Below, in pieces: positions 49,195-58,150 of a stretch of 64,000 nucleotides of DNA (within the stretch, counting starts at the first letter, position 1; each line of letters starts with the position of its first letter). The notes beneath the pieces were generated by a model. It made no database searches, was not told the DNA's origin, and was given only the letters and a program-made list of their open reading frames with translations. The translations under genes and the position numbers were made by a program. The stretch comes from a candidate division WOR-3 bacterium. Lineage in GTDB: Bacteria; Hydrothermota; Hydrothermia; UBA1063; CAJXJZ01. Where the stretch lies: NCBI GenBank assembly GCA_027038175.1, contig JALVYB010000079.1, forward strand, positions 1,215-65,214, read 5' to 3'.

Positions 49195-49772
49195 GATTAA
49201 AAGTATTGCACAACTGGGATGCACCTTACAGGTACATAGACAAGGTTCCTGCCTTTTGTCCGTTTTACCCTAAAACATCCATGATTGCGACCATAGGATA
49301 CAAGAAGACGCACAAAAGCATTCACTTCATTTTTAGCAGGTGTGTTGATACGAAGAAAGAGTTGAGAGAATTGCAGCCAGAGGTTGCTTACTGGAATCGC
49401 AGCGGGTTAATGGCAATGGCTCTTTCGGAATCTGATAAAAACGTGTCTTCGATACTTTTCAATCTGAACTATTTAGGAGAGGGGATACAGATAATTCCCT
49501 ATGATTATCCAGAAAGTGATGAACAGGTGAAAGATATTGTGGAGGCTATGCGGGAGACGAAGGAGGAAGAGGGAGAAGAATATAAAGAACTATATGGGGA
49601 CATTGAGGTTCTGGAAAAAAGGATGCTAGAACTCAAAACCATTTATCCATTGATAAAAAAGGTATGGGAAAAAGACGAGAAAGAGATGATAAAAAATATG
49701 AAAAAATACAAAATGAAACCCACGAAGCAAGTGCTATCTTGGGCGGTGGGTATAGAGGTAAACCGCTCATAA
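49191..49772 (+). CDS. hypothetical protein (contains copy 2 of the 18-bp repeat near its 5' end)
   Basis: 193-aa ORF. The repeat encodes CPFYPKT. Confidence 0.4.
   Translation: MRLKVLHNWDAPYRYIDKVPAFCPFYPKTSMIATIGYKKTHKSIHFIFSRCVDTKKELRELQPEVAYWNRSGLMAMALSESDKNVSSILFNLNYLGEGIQIIPYDYPESDEQVKDIVEAMRETKEEEGEEYKELYGDIEVLEKRMLELKTIYPLIKKVWEKDEKEMIKNMKKYKMKPTKQVLSWAVGIEVNRS
49261..49278. repeat. 18-bp exact direct repeat CGTTTTACCCTAAAACAT, copy 2
   Basis: Identical to 4061-4078. This copy lies inside ORF 49191-49772. Confidence 0.6.
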
Positions 49773-49774
49773 TA

Positions 49775-49824
49775 CCCCGTTCCACGCATCGTGGCGAGAA
49801 CGGGGGCTACTCCCAAAAGGGAGT
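49775..49824 (+). terminator. two adjacent hairpins (CCCCGTTC-N15-GAACGGGG and CTCCC-AAAA-GGGAG) downstream of ORF 49191-49772
   Basis: Inverted repeats immediately after the stop codon. Followed by AAGGAGGTG for the next gene. Confidence 0.4.
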
Positions 49825-49840
49825 AAGGAGGTGAGAAAAG

Positions 49841-50251
49841 GTGAAAAAGACAATATATCACACAGGAAAAGAGGAAGGCGAATACAAAGTGCTGGAGATG
49901 GAGAAAAACGACAAGGGAGAGATATTTTTACGCATGAAGCACGGGATGAAAGGGGAGAAAGAGAACATAAAGCAAAAAGCTTTGAGACTGAGGGACGAAG
50001 AACTGGCCCACATGGTGCTTGGTCTTGAATCTATGTTGCTCTTTGACAAGAACAAGGTTTCACTCATTCACACAAGAGAAGAGAACAAATACAAGGTAGC
50101 AGAGATAGAGAGAAGCGAGAACGGCATATTCTTCCGCATGGTTGAAGGGATACAGGGTGATAAAGAGAGTAGGGATATGCTTGTTACGAGGCTAAATGAA
50201 GATGAATTGGCTGGGTTGTACTTTGCAGGGAAGAAAATCCTCTTTTCCTGA
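49841..50251 (+). CDS. hypothetical protein built from two roughly 60-aa tandem repeats
   Basis: EYKVLEMEKNDKGEIFLRMKHGMKGEKEN...DEELAHMVLGLESMLLF parallels KYKVAEIERSENGIFFRMVEGIQGDKES...EDELAGLYFAGKKILF. Confidence 0.4.
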   Translation: MKKTIYHTGKEEGEYKVLEMEKNDKGEIFLRMKHGMKGEKENIKQKALRLRDEELAHMVLGLESMLLFDKNKVSLIHTREENKYKVAEIERSENGIFFRMVEGIQGDKESRDMLVTRLNEDELAGLYFAGKKILFS

Positions 50252-50269
50252 CTCTTTTATTTTTGGGAG

Positions 50270-50623
50270 GTGGTAATGTTGAAAATCGTATGCACGAAGG
50301 CGGGAGATGGTTGGATATGTGAGTACGACGAAAGAGAGATGAAAATGTTTGTGTGGGATAATGGTTTAGATGGATTTTACAAAGAGCTGCTGAAAGCAAC
50401 GCATCCAAACATAGAACCATCGGAAGAAAAACTTTCGCTTTGGAAGATAAACCCAGAAAAAATCTACATTCCCGTGGAATTAAAAAACCACATTGAAAAG
50501 GTAGTAAAGGTAAAGGATGGAGAAAAGGCACTTGAGAACGCATTAATAAAAAATTTAAGAGATGAAGAATTTGTTAAAAGCGGGTTTGTTGTGATAAATA
50601 AAGGTGCATTTGAGAGAAGGTGA
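50270..50623 (+). CDS. hypothetical protein
   Basis: 117-aa ORF. Confidence 0.35.
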   Translation: MVMLKIVCTKAGDGWICEYDEREMKMFVWDNGLDGFYKELLKATHPNIEPSEEKLSLWKINPEKIYIPVELKNHIEKVVKVKDGEKALENALIKNLRDEEFVKSGFVVINKGAFERR

Positions 50624-50630
50624 TCTCAAG

Positions 50631-51413
50631 ATGGTAGTCCTAAGCAACGATGCCAGTACTATACTTGGAAAGAAGGTGTTTTCGTGGAACCCGCTGAAAG
50701 GTTCATGCAAGTATAAGTGCAGGTATTGTCTAGCCAAAGAAATGATGAAAAAGTATCCTCACATTAAAAAGAAGTATTCGGGAGAGATTGATATTGATGA
50801 GGAGGCTTTGTCTGTAAAGTTCCCAAAGGGAGCAGCTATTCTAATTTCTTCCATGAACGATTTGTTTGCTGATTATGTGGATGATGAGAAAATAGAGAGA
50901 GTAATTGACGTCACGAAGAAATGGGATGAGAAAGAAAGAGAGTTCATATTCATCACGAAAAACCCAAAAAGGTACTTTGAGTTCATAGACCTTTTTCCAT
51001 CGCACACTTACCTGTCTACCATCATAGAATCCACAAAAAATATCAACAAGACAAAAGCCCCGCACCCAAAAGATAGGTACGCTTATATCAGGGATTTATC
51101 CTTTAAGCTCAATTTACACATGATTGAAGGCATCCATACGGGATTGTTCTTGCATCCCTTGCTTGATTTTGATTTAGAGACTATGTCAAAGTGGATTAAA
51201 AATGTAAGCCCAAAGTTTGTAGTAATTGGTGGAGCAAACATAAAAAATGCACCAAAGCCAGAGGGAGAGAAAGCATACAGGCTCGTAATGGCAATTTTGG
51301 ATGCCAAAATCCCTTGTATCAAATTGAGAAAAGGGTTAAAGTTGGTTATTGGTAAAGAGTATTACAAAGAGTTAATGGGTTATGCCGAAGCAGTTGCTGA
51401 AATGAGGGTATGA
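50631..51413 (+). CDS. three-Cys-motif radical-SAM-like protein (phage Gp37/Gp68, DUF5131-like)
   Basis: SWNPLKGSCKYKCRYCLA fits the WNP..GC...C..CYA signature. Start refined to ATG 50631 after GAAGGTGATC; the ORF-track frame opens at 50604. Confidence 0.45.
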   Translation: MVVLSNDASTILGKKVFSWNPLKGSCKYKCRYCLAKEMMKKYPHIKKKYSGEIDIDEEALSVKFPKGAAILISSMNDLFADYVDDEKIERVIDVTKKWDEKEREFIFITKNPKRYFEFIDLFPSHTYLSTIIESTKNINKTKAPHPKDRYAYIRDLSFKLNLHMIEGIHTGLFLHPLLDFDLETMSKWIKNVSPKFVVIGGANIKNAPKPEGEKAYRLVMAILDAKIPCIKLRKGLKLVIGKEYYKELMGYAEAVAEMRV

Positions 51414-51597
51414 GGTTTGTGAGGGGTGTGTGTTTATGAAGGTTAAATATATGGAGAGAAAAATTGTTCTTGATGTAAGCGATTTGGATGAGTTTGAAAA
51501 GAACGTTGTTATGGAAGAAATAAAAATGTTGGAAGAAACAATGAACAGATTTAAAAAATGGAAAGGAAGTAATCTTGGCGTTGCTTAGGGGGGTGAT

Positions 51598-51876
51598 GTG
51601 GTGAACGAGATAAAAAAAGTAATGATGAGCATAATAATGACGTGGGAAAGAGAGGGAAAAGGTACAAAATTCACAAATCTTGAGATGTACAGAGAAATCG
51701 AAAAAGTAATCAACAGAAAGTTAAACAAAAGGGAGAAAATGTCCGTCGGGAACTGGTTAAGATACCATGCAGTCGTTGTCAATGCCACACCTATAAAGAA
51801 AAAGGGTGCGAAAGAGATAACTTACGTGCTTCCATTAACAAAATATAGGTTTCCAAGGAAAAAATCATCAAGGTAG
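51598..51876 (+). CDS. hypothetical small basic protein
   Basis: 92-aa K/R-rich ORF. Confidence 0.35.
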   Translation: MVNEIKKVMMSIIMTWEREGKGTKFTNLEMYREIEKVINRKLNKREKMSVGNWLRYHAVVVNATPIKKKGAKEITYVLPLTKYRFPRKKSSR

Positions 51877-51886
51877 CAACTGCTTA

Positions 51887-51918
51887 ATTATTGTTCCCTG
51901 CACTGGGCTTAGCCCAGT
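51887..51918. terminator. 32-nt perfect palindrome CCCTGCACTGGGCT-TA-GCCCAGTGCAGGG
   Basis: 14-bp arms, GC-rich in an AT-rich context. Sits between convergent genes 51598-51876 (plus) and 52074-53675 (minus), so it is likely a bidirectional terminator. Confidence 0.5.
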
Positions 51919-52073
51919 GCAGGGTTCCTCTTTGCCACCAAAAAGATTTAACGCCGACGGGAGGTGGTGTGGTGGGGTCGTGCATCTTTTCTTTCTGGGG
52001 GCAGGAACATTTACATTATTGAATTACTCATATATAAAATTATCTTCAACGTGGCCAAGATGGCTATCGGTAC

Positions 52074-53675
52074 CTAAATCAGCGAAACTATCGCATAGTA
52101 TCTCTCTTTACCATCATCATCCACATCCCTTATGTACACTATGCCCTCTTCAATAAGACGTTGTAAAAGTCTTGAAGCTTTTGCTTCATCGCTCTCTATA
52201 TCCCTAGCTAATGCCTCTCTAACAAAAGATTCCTCATACCACCCGTCTGGATTCCGCATATTTAAAGATTGCAGCATTTCATTGATCCTTATTGTCTTCA
52301 GAAAATTTCTCCTTTCAAGCAGGATAGTTGATGCTATGTTATGCTCATTTCTAATCCTGTTAATATTTGCGTCGTAGAACCTATCAAGCATAACTTGAAG
52401 GTACTCTTCCCAGAAAACGCTGTCTGTGTTCTGAATGCCCAATCTATCTAATGAGTCAACCACCCTCATTATATGCTCTCCAAACCCTCCCGCCTCACGC
52501 AAAGAAAACAACCTCATTCTCAATCCTTCGTTATGAGCAACATCATCTGGAATTAACGTCAAGTTGTAAATTTCTGGGTAATTCTCCTTGATTTTTTCGA
52601 TTATTTTTGGTATGACTATCTCCCTCCCGCTAGTGTCTATAAGAGGCGATTTAACATAATTGTAAAACGAAAAATAGGCAATATCAAAAATTTCCTCTTG
52701 CAATATGTCCTCTTCTATAAATATCGCCTCGCTTCTTTCAGGCACGTATATTAAATCAGACATGGTAGTTATGCCAACCTCTTCATTAAAGGCCTTGGAA
52801 TAATCAACCTGTGTGATTTCGCTGTGTTCCACCCTGCTCTTATCCGACCTGTGCCACAAAAATGAGAAGTATTCTAAGGGTTTTTTCACAAAATAACCTA
52901 CTGGGTGAGTGTAAGTAGCAGTTGCTACATTAAGTTTGTCATAGATTCTTACCTTGGGCTTGAATCTCTTGTAGAGGTGGGATGGTATGATGCTTTTGAG
53001 TGTGTTCCACTCTTCGTTTTTTACGGAATAAGACTCTCCAAAAGTGAGAAGGCTAGTGGTTATCCCACCCACTCTTCCGTAAATTGTTGAAGAAGCGGTG
53101 AGTTTCAGTAAAAGAGGTTTGGCCAAATCTTCCGAAGCAGAACGATAAACGATAGCACGGACATTTCTCCCGTTGAGTTTTGGCGGAACAAAGTTGAGAT
53201 ATTCGTTTCTACTTACCTTTGAAATGTCTTCCGCCAGAATAAACACTCCTTGAAGTGAACTTGCCTTATAAGGCAGGTATTCTCCAAAGTGCATTAATTT
53301 ACCTTGAACACGAAAAATATTACCTTTCATCTCGCTCTTCAATTTTCCTATACTACCCACCTTGCTTTCAAGAAGCAGAACGAACACTCCATTATTTTTT
53401 AACTTAGAAACACTGCCCAAGGCATTCACGTCAAAAGAAGGTGTTAAGATAGCAAGTGCGTATTTTTCTCTACCCCTGAACAGATAACTGAGTGCATTTT
53501 CATAGTTTTGTATTCCTCTTACTCTAAACAGATAGCCTATCAAATCAACCTCTTTCCTATCTCTAACTGAATAATTTGAGAGCTTTTCGACAAATTTGCG
53601 ATACTCTCTCTCCATATAGGATTCTTCTGAAATCAGATAGTCGTCTAACCTTATGTCCCACAACTCTTTAGACAC
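52074..53675 (-). CDS. hypothetical 533-aa protein with C-terminal winged-helix-like segment, transcribed away from the iteron region
   Basis: Long ORF. The C-terminus RLLQRLIEEGIVYIRDVDDDGKERYYAI is wH-like. Its promoter would lie in the repeat region. Confidence 0.45.
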   Translation of the reverse strand: MSKELWDIRLDDYLISEESYMEREYRKFVEKLSNYSVRDRKEVDLIGYLFRVRGIQNYENALSYLFRGREKYALAILTPSFDVNALGSVSKLKNNGVFVLLLESKVGSIGKLKSEMKGNIFRVQGKLMHFGEYLPYKASSLQGVFILAEDISKVSRNEYLNFVPPKLNGRNVRAIVYRSASEDLAKPLLLKLTASSTIYGRVGGITTSLLTFGESYSVKNEEWNTLKSIIPSHLYKRFKPKVRIYDKLNVATATYTHPVGYFVKKPLEYFSFLWHRSDKSRVEHSEITQVDYSKAFNEEVGITTMSDLIYVPERSEAIFIEEDILQEEIFDIAYFSFYNYVKSPLIDTSGREIVIPKIIEKIKENYPEIYNLTLIPDDVAHNEGLRMRLFSLREAGGFGEHIMRVVDSLDRLGIQNTDSVFWEEYLQVMLDRFYDANINRIRNEHNIASTILLERRNFLKTIRINEMLQSLNMRNPDGWYEESFVREALARDIESDEAKASRLLQRLIEEGIVYIRDVDDDGKERYYAIVSLI

Positions 53676-53780
53676 ATAAACTTAATGTTTTTTAAAATAT
53701 ATTAATTTTGCGTTGCTTTAAATACTCATGATAAGGGCAAAAAATCAATTGCCGAAGGGTAGCAATCGTCGAACTTTGTT

Positions 53781-54370
53781 AATTTCCGCTCCAAAGTGAT
53801 GCAAAAATTCGTGTATTACTTGTTCGGGAGATAAATTTTACCTCCTTTCACATATATATATTCGATTTCCGCTCCAAAGGGGTAAGAAGGCAAACCCTCT
53901 TTAACCATTTTTATAAGACACATGATATTGAACAGAATAAGGGTCATTCTACCCAATATCGTGTAATATATCTTATTTGTGTTTAGATATTTATGCCTTT
54001 TCATTTTTATTTAAATGATAAAGATATACTATATATATATTCCGAAAAATACTTAAAAAGAAAATATACTCCCTCATTTTTTGTCAATTCGTTGATTAAC
54101 GAAATGTTAAATTAAACATATCGGTTTTGAGAGCAATATGGGGATACCCTTTTCACATTTTAGAGCGGAAATTGAATATATAAGACAAATTTCCGCTTTT
54201 TTTGACGCAAAATTAGTGTAGAACTCAATTTCACAATTTTTAGAGCGGAAATTAACGGTAAAACGTTGCTTTCAAGCAAAATTAGTGTAGAACTAAAAAA
54301 CTACATTTAGAGCGGAAATTAACGGGCGGTTTTTTCCGTCACTCTATACACTATTAATTTCCGCTCTAAA
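53781..54370. repeat. iteron cluster: at least 7 copies in both orientations of TTTAGAGCGGAAATT(AACGG), plus 2 copies of CAAAATTAGTGTAGAACT, in a 700-bp AT-rich intergenic region; candidate replication origin and/or centromere
   Basis: Copies at 53781, 53864, 54158, 54187, 54238, 54306 and 54355. Tandem roughly 67-bp units at 54238 and 54306. Adjacent to an Orc1/Cdc6 gene and a ParA operon. Confidence 0.55.
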
Positions 54371-54391
54371 CACTTTCACAATTGCCGAAAA

Positions 54392-55021
54392 TCATCTTTC
54401 TGGTGAGTGTTCCCACCATCCATCCCTGTCCAGCTTCTTCACGAAACTTAACATTTGAGAACCAAACCTCTTCGCATAGCTGAACAGTTTTCCCTTGTCC
54501 AGTTCCTCCAAGAACATATCGTCCAGATCGGAGAGTAGGCTATTCAAGGAATACTTGCCTTTGAAATAGCGGAAGTAAATCATGTCCAGTACTGCCTTTT
54601 CAGGTTCGGCGAAGGCAACGCCAGAAGGATGTTCCGTGTATCCAAAGAACAGCACGGGTGAGATTTGATGGTACTCCACGAAGTAATTTCCCAGAACCAA
54701 GGGCTTCGTTTTGACATTCTTCAAAGTCACGATGGTGAACGTGTAAATGTTCTGCTTGTAGATGTCTCCAGATAACGCATACTCCATGGATGCGTAAGAG
54801 GGCTTTTTGTAATCCAAGGCAATTTTGAGGTAGTTTTGAGGCACAAAAGGGTTCAAGTACTGCCCACGCAATCCTTTTGAAACCACTCCGCTCTTCACCA
54901 GACGGCTCAGGGCAGTTGATAGAGTTTCTCTTTTCATGTTTAAAGCACCTGCTAACTCACTCACGGTGAATACTTTTTTTCCACTCTTACGCATATATGC
55001 CAGAATTCTCACGGCACTCAT
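54392..55021 (-). CDS. winged-helix regulator with AbiEi-antitoxin-like architecture
   Basis: N-terminal FTVSELAGALNMKRETLSTALSRLVKSGVV is a wH/HTH. The C-terminal domain resembles AbiEi_4-type proteins (weak). Confidence 0.4.
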   Translation of the reverse strand: MSAVRILAYMRKSGKKVFTVSELAGALNMKRETLSTALSRLVKSGVVSKGLRGQYLNPFVPQNYLKIALDYKKPSYASMEYALSGDIYKQNIYTFTIVTLKNVKTKPLVLGNYFVEYHQISPVLFFGYTEHPSGVAFAEPEKAVLDMIYFRYFKGKYSLNSLLSDLDDMFLEELDKGKLFSYAKRFGSQMLSFVKKLDRDGWWEHSPER

Positions 55022-55119
55022 CTCTTCACCTTCAAATTCTTACATATATGTTATATATAGCCGTAAAATATATAAACATTTCTGTTTAGAGTGGAAAATT
55101 TAATATAACAAAAATGTAG

Positions 55120-55151
55120 TTTTTGATACAAGATGATTATTTTTGATACAA
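55120..55151. promoter_or_regulatory. two direct copies of TTTTTGATACAA in the AT-rich cdc6 upstream region
   Basis: Copies at 55120-55131 and 55140-55151. A degenerate iteron (TTTAGAGTGGAAAATT) lies at 55087. Confidence 0.35.
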
Positions 55152-55191
55152 TTACAAAAAAGTTATATACAATTATAGCAATACCCTAAGT

Positions 55192-56613
55192 ATGTGTGCT
55201 GACGGGTTTGGTGGGGACGATAACTATCTTCTAAAAATACTCAAAGAAAGAGATAAGGGATTCTCTTATAACTTGAGCGTGTTTGATGACTACAATATAC
55301 CTCCCAAGATTCTTCATAGAAAAAAAGAGATTGAAACGTTGCTTGGATATGTTCTGGGAATAATAAGAGGAGAGTTGAATAAGGTTGATTTGAACATTTA
55401 CGGGCTAACAGGAACGGGGAAAACAGTTACCACCAAAAAGATAATGAGAGACACAAAAGAGTTTATGAAAAGGAAAGACTATAAACAGCAAGGTTTTAGG
55501 AAAATTGATTTCCTTTATTTCCACGTCTATTCCGAGATGTTACCAGCATCTTTTTTTAGTGAGATGAACAAGTGGTTGTTCAAGAAAACATATAGCCCAA
55601 AAAAAGGCCTGTCTTCTCTCGTGAGTTTATTTATGGGCAACTTAGATAAATACATGAAATCAAACGGCTTGGACGCTTTAATTCTTGTTATTGATGATAT
55701 TCACAGGGTTAAAAATATGGATTATTCTGCTTTTGCGGGAATACTGAGAAACACGTATAACAACAACGTTTCCCTGTGGCTCATATCCAATAGTGCCATC
55801 AAACCGCATCTTCCGTTAGAACTTCAAGCGAACCTTTTAGGAATGAAATTCAGGAGATACGATGTGGGAGAGCTTCTGGAAATATTTGCGATGTACGTTC
55901 AGAACGCAGGTGCTGAACAATGTTTTAGTGATTTGACTGCGTTTATGAGGGATTTGGCCAGTTGGGTGGAAGTTCATGCAAAGTCAAGTGTGAGGGCTGG
56001 ACTAATTGTTCTGAAACACGCATTGCTCTCTATGATTAATGACGGTAGAAACACAATCACTCAGGAAGATATGGAAAAGGGCAAAGAGATGGTTAAAATA
56101 GTTGATATTACAGAAATGTTAGAGACGATGAGGAGCGAGTTAGTTTTGACTCTTGTCCTTGCATTAAGGAGAATGGCAATTGAAGGGAAGGAAGGCATAA
56201 ACACCATCCAGTTATACAAAGATTTCAGGAACTATGTGTCTTACTACATACCTTTTTCAAGATCAAAGGATTTGAGCATGAGGGAGTTCAGGAACTTTAT
56301 AGCCGATTTGGAAGAGCTTGGTTTAATTATGAGAGAGCAGGTTGGTAAAGGAAGGGGCAAAGGGAGTGAGAGTTTGTTGTATGTGCAGGAAGGATTAAGT
56401 ATTGTTCAAGCTTTTGTGGATTTGATAGAAGGAAACAAGAACACTTCTTGGGTTTTTGAAGACCCGAAGTTACTGGTGAGCATATCAAAGAGCAATGCAC
56501 CGCTTGTTCTCTACGATAGCTTCACGCAGAAAATAAGAGGCATGGTGGATATGTTTGAGAAGGATGGGAAAGTGTATGTTTCTTATTCAAAGCCTTATGA
56601 ATTCGGGGGGTGA
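55192..56613 (+). CDS. Orc1/Cdc6-family AAA+ initiator protein
   Basis: HRKKEIETLLGYVL...NIYGLTGTGKTVTTKKI is the Orc1/Cdc6 N-terminal arrangement with Walker A. Walker B LILVIDDIH. The length (473 aa) allows a C-terminal wH domain. Confidence 0.6.
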   Translation: MCADGFGGDDNYLLKILKERDKGFSYNLSVFDDYNIPPKILHRKKEIETLLGYVLGIIRGELNKVDLNIYGLTGTGKTVTTKKIMRDTKEFMKRKDYKQQGFRKIDFLYFHVYSEMLPASFFSEMNKWLFKKTYSPKKGLSSLVSLFMGNLDKYMKSNGLDALILVIDDIHRVKNMDYSAFAGILRNTYNNNVSLWLISNSAIKPHLPLELQANLLGMKFRRYDVGELLEIFAMYVQNAGAEQCFSDLTAFMRDLASWVEVHAKSSVRAGLIVLKHALLSMINDGRNTITQEDMEKGKEMVKIVDITEMLETMRSELVLTLVLALRRMAIEGKEGINTIQLYKDFRNYVSYYIPFSRSKDLSMREFRNFIADLEELGLIMREQVGKGRGKGSESLLYVQEGLSIVQAFVDLIEGNKNTSWVFEDPKLLVSISKSNAPLVLYDSFTQKIRGMVDMFEKDGKVYVSYSKPYEFGG

Positions 56614-57107
56614 TTCGTGTGCGTTTAGAGAAGGAGGAGAGAATATTGCTCATTCAAAACAACATACTTAGGAAAAAAGAGGATTTGTTTGCCTTCAAAG
56701 CAACCGTTAGAAAGAGGGGCAATGGATGGGTTTTTTTTGTACCCAGTTATATAGTCAAGAAGTTTAACATAAGAGAGGGTTCTGTTTTGAGTTTTTATAT
56801 TTTAGAGCTTTGGCAGTCGGTTAAATCACTAAAAGGGAAGGAGATAATCAAAACGGAACTTTTGAGCGAGATGGGAAAACCGATAATAAAATTCAAAGAT
56901 TATGAAGTTTCTTTCTTAAAAGTTAAAAGTTTTGGAAAAAGATACAAGTATGCGGTTATATACATACCAAAGGATTATATATCAAGATATAATATTAAGT
57001 CTGGAGATGCAATAGGCGTTCACATAACGTCTGTCGGGGGTGGTGGTATTCGTGAACATTATGACTCAGAAGGATATGATAGAAGCGATAAAGAAGGCAA
57101 AACCTGA
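56610..57107 (+). CDS. protein with two AbrB/MazE-like swapped-hairpin repeats
   Basis: FKATVRKRGNGWVFFVPSYIVKKFNIREGSVLSF and KRYKYAVIYIPKDYISRYNIKSGDAIGVHI both fit the pattern ..IPK.....I..GD.V. Overlaps the cdc6 stop. Confidence 0.4.
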   Translation: MIRVRLEKEERILLIQNNILRKKEDLFAFKATVRKRGNGWVFFVPSYIVKKFNIREGSVLSFYILELWQSVKSLKGKEIIKTELLSEMGKPIIKFKDYEVSFLKVKSFGKRYKYAVIYIPKDYISRYNIKSGDAIGVHITSVGGGGIREHYDSEGYDRSDKEGKT

Positions 57108-58143
57108 AGAAAGGTACAAGTTCGCAGGAGACGAACTTTTGTATGAGAATTGCCCTGAATGCTTTTTTATGTTGGCGATGGATGAAAACAACAGGGTTCG
57201 CATGGAACTTGCAAAGAGGTTTTATGTTTACAAAGACAGAATGAGATTTCTCACGATTGCTACTGACCCCAACCCAGGGGTTAGGAGAATTATGTTTGAA
57301 GAGATAATGAAGTTCAAGCCACATTTTATGGAATTGTTTGTTGAGAATCCACCTCTTGCAGTTATGTATTCGCTTGGAAGAGACAAGGCTTTGGTGAAAA
57401 AGTTTTGGCTGTCTTGGTATAGCTATTTGAGACATAGGGTTGGGTATTTCATAGAGACTCCTGAAGAAGAAAAGACCCGTGGCAAGATGGGGTTAGCGAA
57501 GTGGTTGCATCTATATGAGGAGGAGCCAGAAGAATACGAGAATATGTTAGCAACTGCTAAAAAGGCAGTATTGATACAATTGTTATCTAGGCCTGATGTT
57601 GGGTTGGTGTTGCGGAAGTTATCCAAAGATGAGATGAACTTTTACGAAAGGGCGAATGGGTTTGGGGCTTATTTGGACAGGTTACAATTAAGTATGCACC
57701 CGTACTTTGCTTACTACTCTCCATTTAGCAAAGCGGTATTTTATATTAATGAAATCAACAGGGCTGTAAAGAAGGTGTGGAAGAAATGCGGGAGGTACAA
57801 TTCAGAAGTAGGTTATTTTCTGGTGCCAAAAAGAAGCAGTAAAGATGTTTTAAAAAATCCGATGGTTATTTGGGAAATGTTGCAGTTGAATTTTGTAGGA
57901 ATTCACAAAATTTTGTTTGACTTGAACGCAATAAAGGGCAAATGGACAAAGAACGATTTTGTAAGGAGAGTTATGAAGAAAGAAATATTTGAAGATAGAG
58001 AAGTCATAGAATCGATATTCACGCTGCTTCTTTCAAGGGCGTCTCTGGTTGAATTTTTTGATGGTAAATATTCTGCTGTCAATCTTCATTTGGGTCTCAA
58101 TAGTTTTGTGAGGGAAGGAAGTTTTGACATAGATATTAGTTAA
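57040..58143 (+). CDS. hypothetical 367-aa protein
   Basis: Long ORF. A start at about 57067 is possible. Confidence 0.4.
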   Translation: MVVFVNIMTQKDMIEAIKKAKPEERYKFAGDELLYENCPECFFMLAMDENNRVRMELAKRFYVYKDRMRFLTIATDPNPGVRRIMFEEIMKFKPHFMELFVENPPLAVMYSLGRDKALVKKFWLSWYSYLRHRVGYFIETPEEEKTRGKMGLAKWLHLYEEEPEEYENMLATAKKAVLIQLLSRPDVGLVLRKLSKDEMNFYERANGFGAYLDRLQLSMHPYFAYYSPFSKAVFYINEINRAVKKVWKKCGRYNSEVGYFLVPKRSSKDVLKNPMVIWEMLQLNFVGIHKILFDLNAIKGKWTKNDFVRRVMKKEIFEDREVIESIFTLLLSRASLVEFFDGKYSAVNLHLGLNSFVREGSFDIDIS

Positions 58144-58150
58144 GAAGTAT

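Noticed and set aside
49775-49824. Possible tRNA or tRNA fragment at the GC-rich hairpins
   Set aside because: No cloverleaf, no T-loop or D-loop consensus, and too short. Better explained as a terminator.
53781-54370. Possible CRISPR array, because of repeated roughly 15-20-nt units
   Set aside because: The copies occur in both orientations with irregular spacing and variable flanks, and no cas genes are nearby. The pattern fits iterons or centromere repeats better.
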